Shown here: one piece after another, positions 62,854 through 64,000 of the stretch | Position numbering within the stretch: position 1 is the first letter of the stretch | Layout of the letters: every line of letters begins with the position of its first letter | Position numbers and translations under genes: made by a program | From: an uncultured Ignavibacteriales bacterium | Lineage (GTDB): Bacteria > Zixibacteria > MSB-5A5 > GN15 > JAAZOE01 | Reading direction: 5' to 3' | DNA: 64,000 nt | Assembly (NCBI GenBank): GCA_964523575.1 | Contig: CAZGAV010000010.1 | Span: forward strand, 5,466-69,465 | The notes under the pieces: generated by a model | Database searches by the model: none | What the model saw: only the letters and a program-made list of their open reading frames with translations | What the model was told of the DNA's origin: nothing

Positions 62854-64000
62854 CTATTTTCTTTTCTTCATCGTCAGGGGCAAAGCCGGGTCAGTGGCGG
62901 CGTTGATCTTGGCGGCGTAGCCGCGCCGGGCCTCGATATCATCGTCGGAAACAAAGCGGACATCCAGCAATCCGGGACAATGATACCCGGTCCGCATATA
63001 ATTGATTTCGGCCAGCGCCAGACTCCAGCCGTTCAGCCAGGTCTGCAATTCCTCTTTCTGGCGCTCGACGCCGTCGAAATGGATCAGGATATCGATGTCG
63101 CTGGAGGGGGTGGCCGAGGCGTTCTTGATACCGCCGATCAGGTAAATCCCCCTGACTCCGGATTTTTCCGGATCGATTTCGGAAGCGATCTTTTCGGCCA
63201 TCTGCATCCGCCACCGCCAGTAATCGGCCACCCGGCGCACGCCCGGCCGTTCGGTGTTGACATTGGGCGTCTCGACCTCATCGCCCGGTTTGGTCAGAAT
63301 CGCCAGGGCCTCATCGAGATCGGCGTTCATCAATAACCGCATGACAAAACCGGAGGTGCTCAAAGGCACGTCGATCAGTCGGATCGTGTCGGATAGATGA
63401 GCGAATTCCGGAAGAACGTCCTTGAGGATATTCTGCCGTTTGGTCAAAAAGTATTCATTGAAGATAACCCGTTCGTCATCGGGATAAAGCGGCAGGTAGC
63501 GGATATTGGCTTCGACCAGATCCTGGAAGAAATGAGTGCCGAAAGACAGGTCGGGAACATAATTGTCTTTCTTACGCGCGATTTCGATCAGGGCCGCAGT
63601 GTTGTTGATATCGGAATAAGTGACGCTGACGCCGAGTTTGATATCGCCCCGACTGCCCCATCGCCCCGGCCCCATCAGAATAAATTTCCGCTTGGGCAAA
63701 AGTTTATTAAGGCGGCTGACGGCCCGTCCGACCTCCATCATCTCATTCGCCGAACCCAATTCGCCGTAGGCTTTGGGATCGACATAGACAATATGCGTGA
63801 TATCCGGCACGATGCCGTTCGAGACATATTTATGGGCCGTGAAGATAATCTGTTCCTTGGGCAGGTCTTTCGGGATGGGCGGGGCGCTGTCCAGAGTCGA
63901 ATAACTCTGCGGCCGGCATTGCAGTAAATACAGGTCCTTGCCGTCGGATGCGAATTCGACATCGATCGGGGTGCCGATCGTCTTTTCCAGCGTGTGCAGG
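62854..64000 (-). CDS. Partial (5' end off-window) protein: PEP/pyruvate-binding PPDK_N domain fused to a C-terminal nucleotidyltransferase-fold domain
   Basis: The frame stays open upstream of the GTG at 63810 all the way to the window edge. My translation of 63811-63999 gives LHTLEKTIGTPIDVEFASDGKDLYLLQCRPQS, the signature end of PPDK_N. The C-terminus has GIYLIGGIKNASATPSSDIDILIHFDG (the NTase G[SG]...DxD motif). Confidence 0.8.
   Translation of the reverse strand, partial: LHTLEKTIGTPIDVEFASDGKDLYLLQCRPQSYSTLDSAPPIPKDLPKEQIIFTAHKYVSNGIVPDITHIVYVDPKAYGELGSANEMMEVGRAVSRLNKLLPKRKFILMGPGRWGSRGDIKLGVSVTYSDINNTAALIEIARKKDNYVPDLSFGTHFFQDLVEANIRYLPLYPDDERVIFNEYFLTKRQNILKDVLPEFAHLSDTIRLIDVPLSTSGFVMRLLMNADLDEALAILTKPGDEVETPNVNTERPGVRRVADYWRWRMQMAEKIASEIDPEKSGVRGIYLIGGIKNASATPSSDIDILIHFDGVERQKEELQTWLNGWSLALAEINYMRTGYHCPGLLDVRFVSDDDIEARRGYAAKINAATDPALPLTMKKRK

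Noticed and set aside
1-64000. Visual search for rRNA, tRNA, tmRNA, RNase P and SRP RNA signatures in all intergenic gaps
   Set aside because: I found no conserved signature strings (e.g. tRNA T-loop GTTCGAATC contexts, the RNase P GAGGAAAGTCC motif, the SRP GGAAGCAGCC motif). This is a visual scan only; tRNAscan-SE or Infernal would be needed to be sure.

Overview
This 64-kb window comes from a moderately high-GC bacterial chromosome. Hand-counted rows give about 58-62% GC in core genes. FlgD-Ig/T9SS-type C-terminal sorting domains and heavy sigma-54 use suggest an uncultivated FCB-superphylum-like organism, but that is inference only. I support about 45 protein genes. I saw no rRNA, tRNA or CRISPR array.

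Layout:
1. 1-3354: a sigma-54 promoter drives a NifX-like::DUF1847-like gene, followed by a USP-like gene and a PAS sigma-54 activator.
2. 3400-10700: an accessory island. A modular array of hairpin / T-run / CTGTCGC repeats surrounds a small GIY-YIG gene. Next comes a visibly AT-richer two-gene cassette encoding a tandem UDG-fold protein and a deaminase-type amidohydrolase fused to an S41 peptidase. The island closes with a transposase-HTH remnant and a second GIY-YIG copy.
3. 10900-15400: a MarR-EmrA/EmrB-like-TolC efflux operon.
4. 15600-24800: a histidine kinase, three stand-alone receiver proteins, two tandem TauE/SafE permeases, a TIGR02186-like protein, a CMP-kinase-like/BON protein and an atypical PEP-utilising enzyme.
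5. 25200-32300: an exonuclease, a TIM-barrel isomerase, a 862-aa sorting-domain protein, guaB and an HDAC-family deacetylase.
6. 32580-43200: a MarR-controlled operon with two PLP racemases, GNAT, an SSF transporter, an M20D aminoacylase and a class-III aminotransferase, followed by convergent thrC and an M24 peptidase.
7. 43428-59968: a tightly coupled operon encoding a 3386-aa beta-helix/Ig surface protein, an outer-membrane/TPR protein, a partner-switching module and a GAF kinase.
8. 60000-62850: a dockerin-bearing C1 peptidase flanked by two ORF-less, promoter- or terminator-marked candidate RNA loci.
9. 62854 to the window end: a partial PPDK_N-nucleotidyltransferase fusion.

The best candidate for an undescribed system is the GIY-YIG-bracketed UDG-fold / amidohydrolase-S41 cassette. 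All family calls rest on motif recognition by eye; no searches were run.
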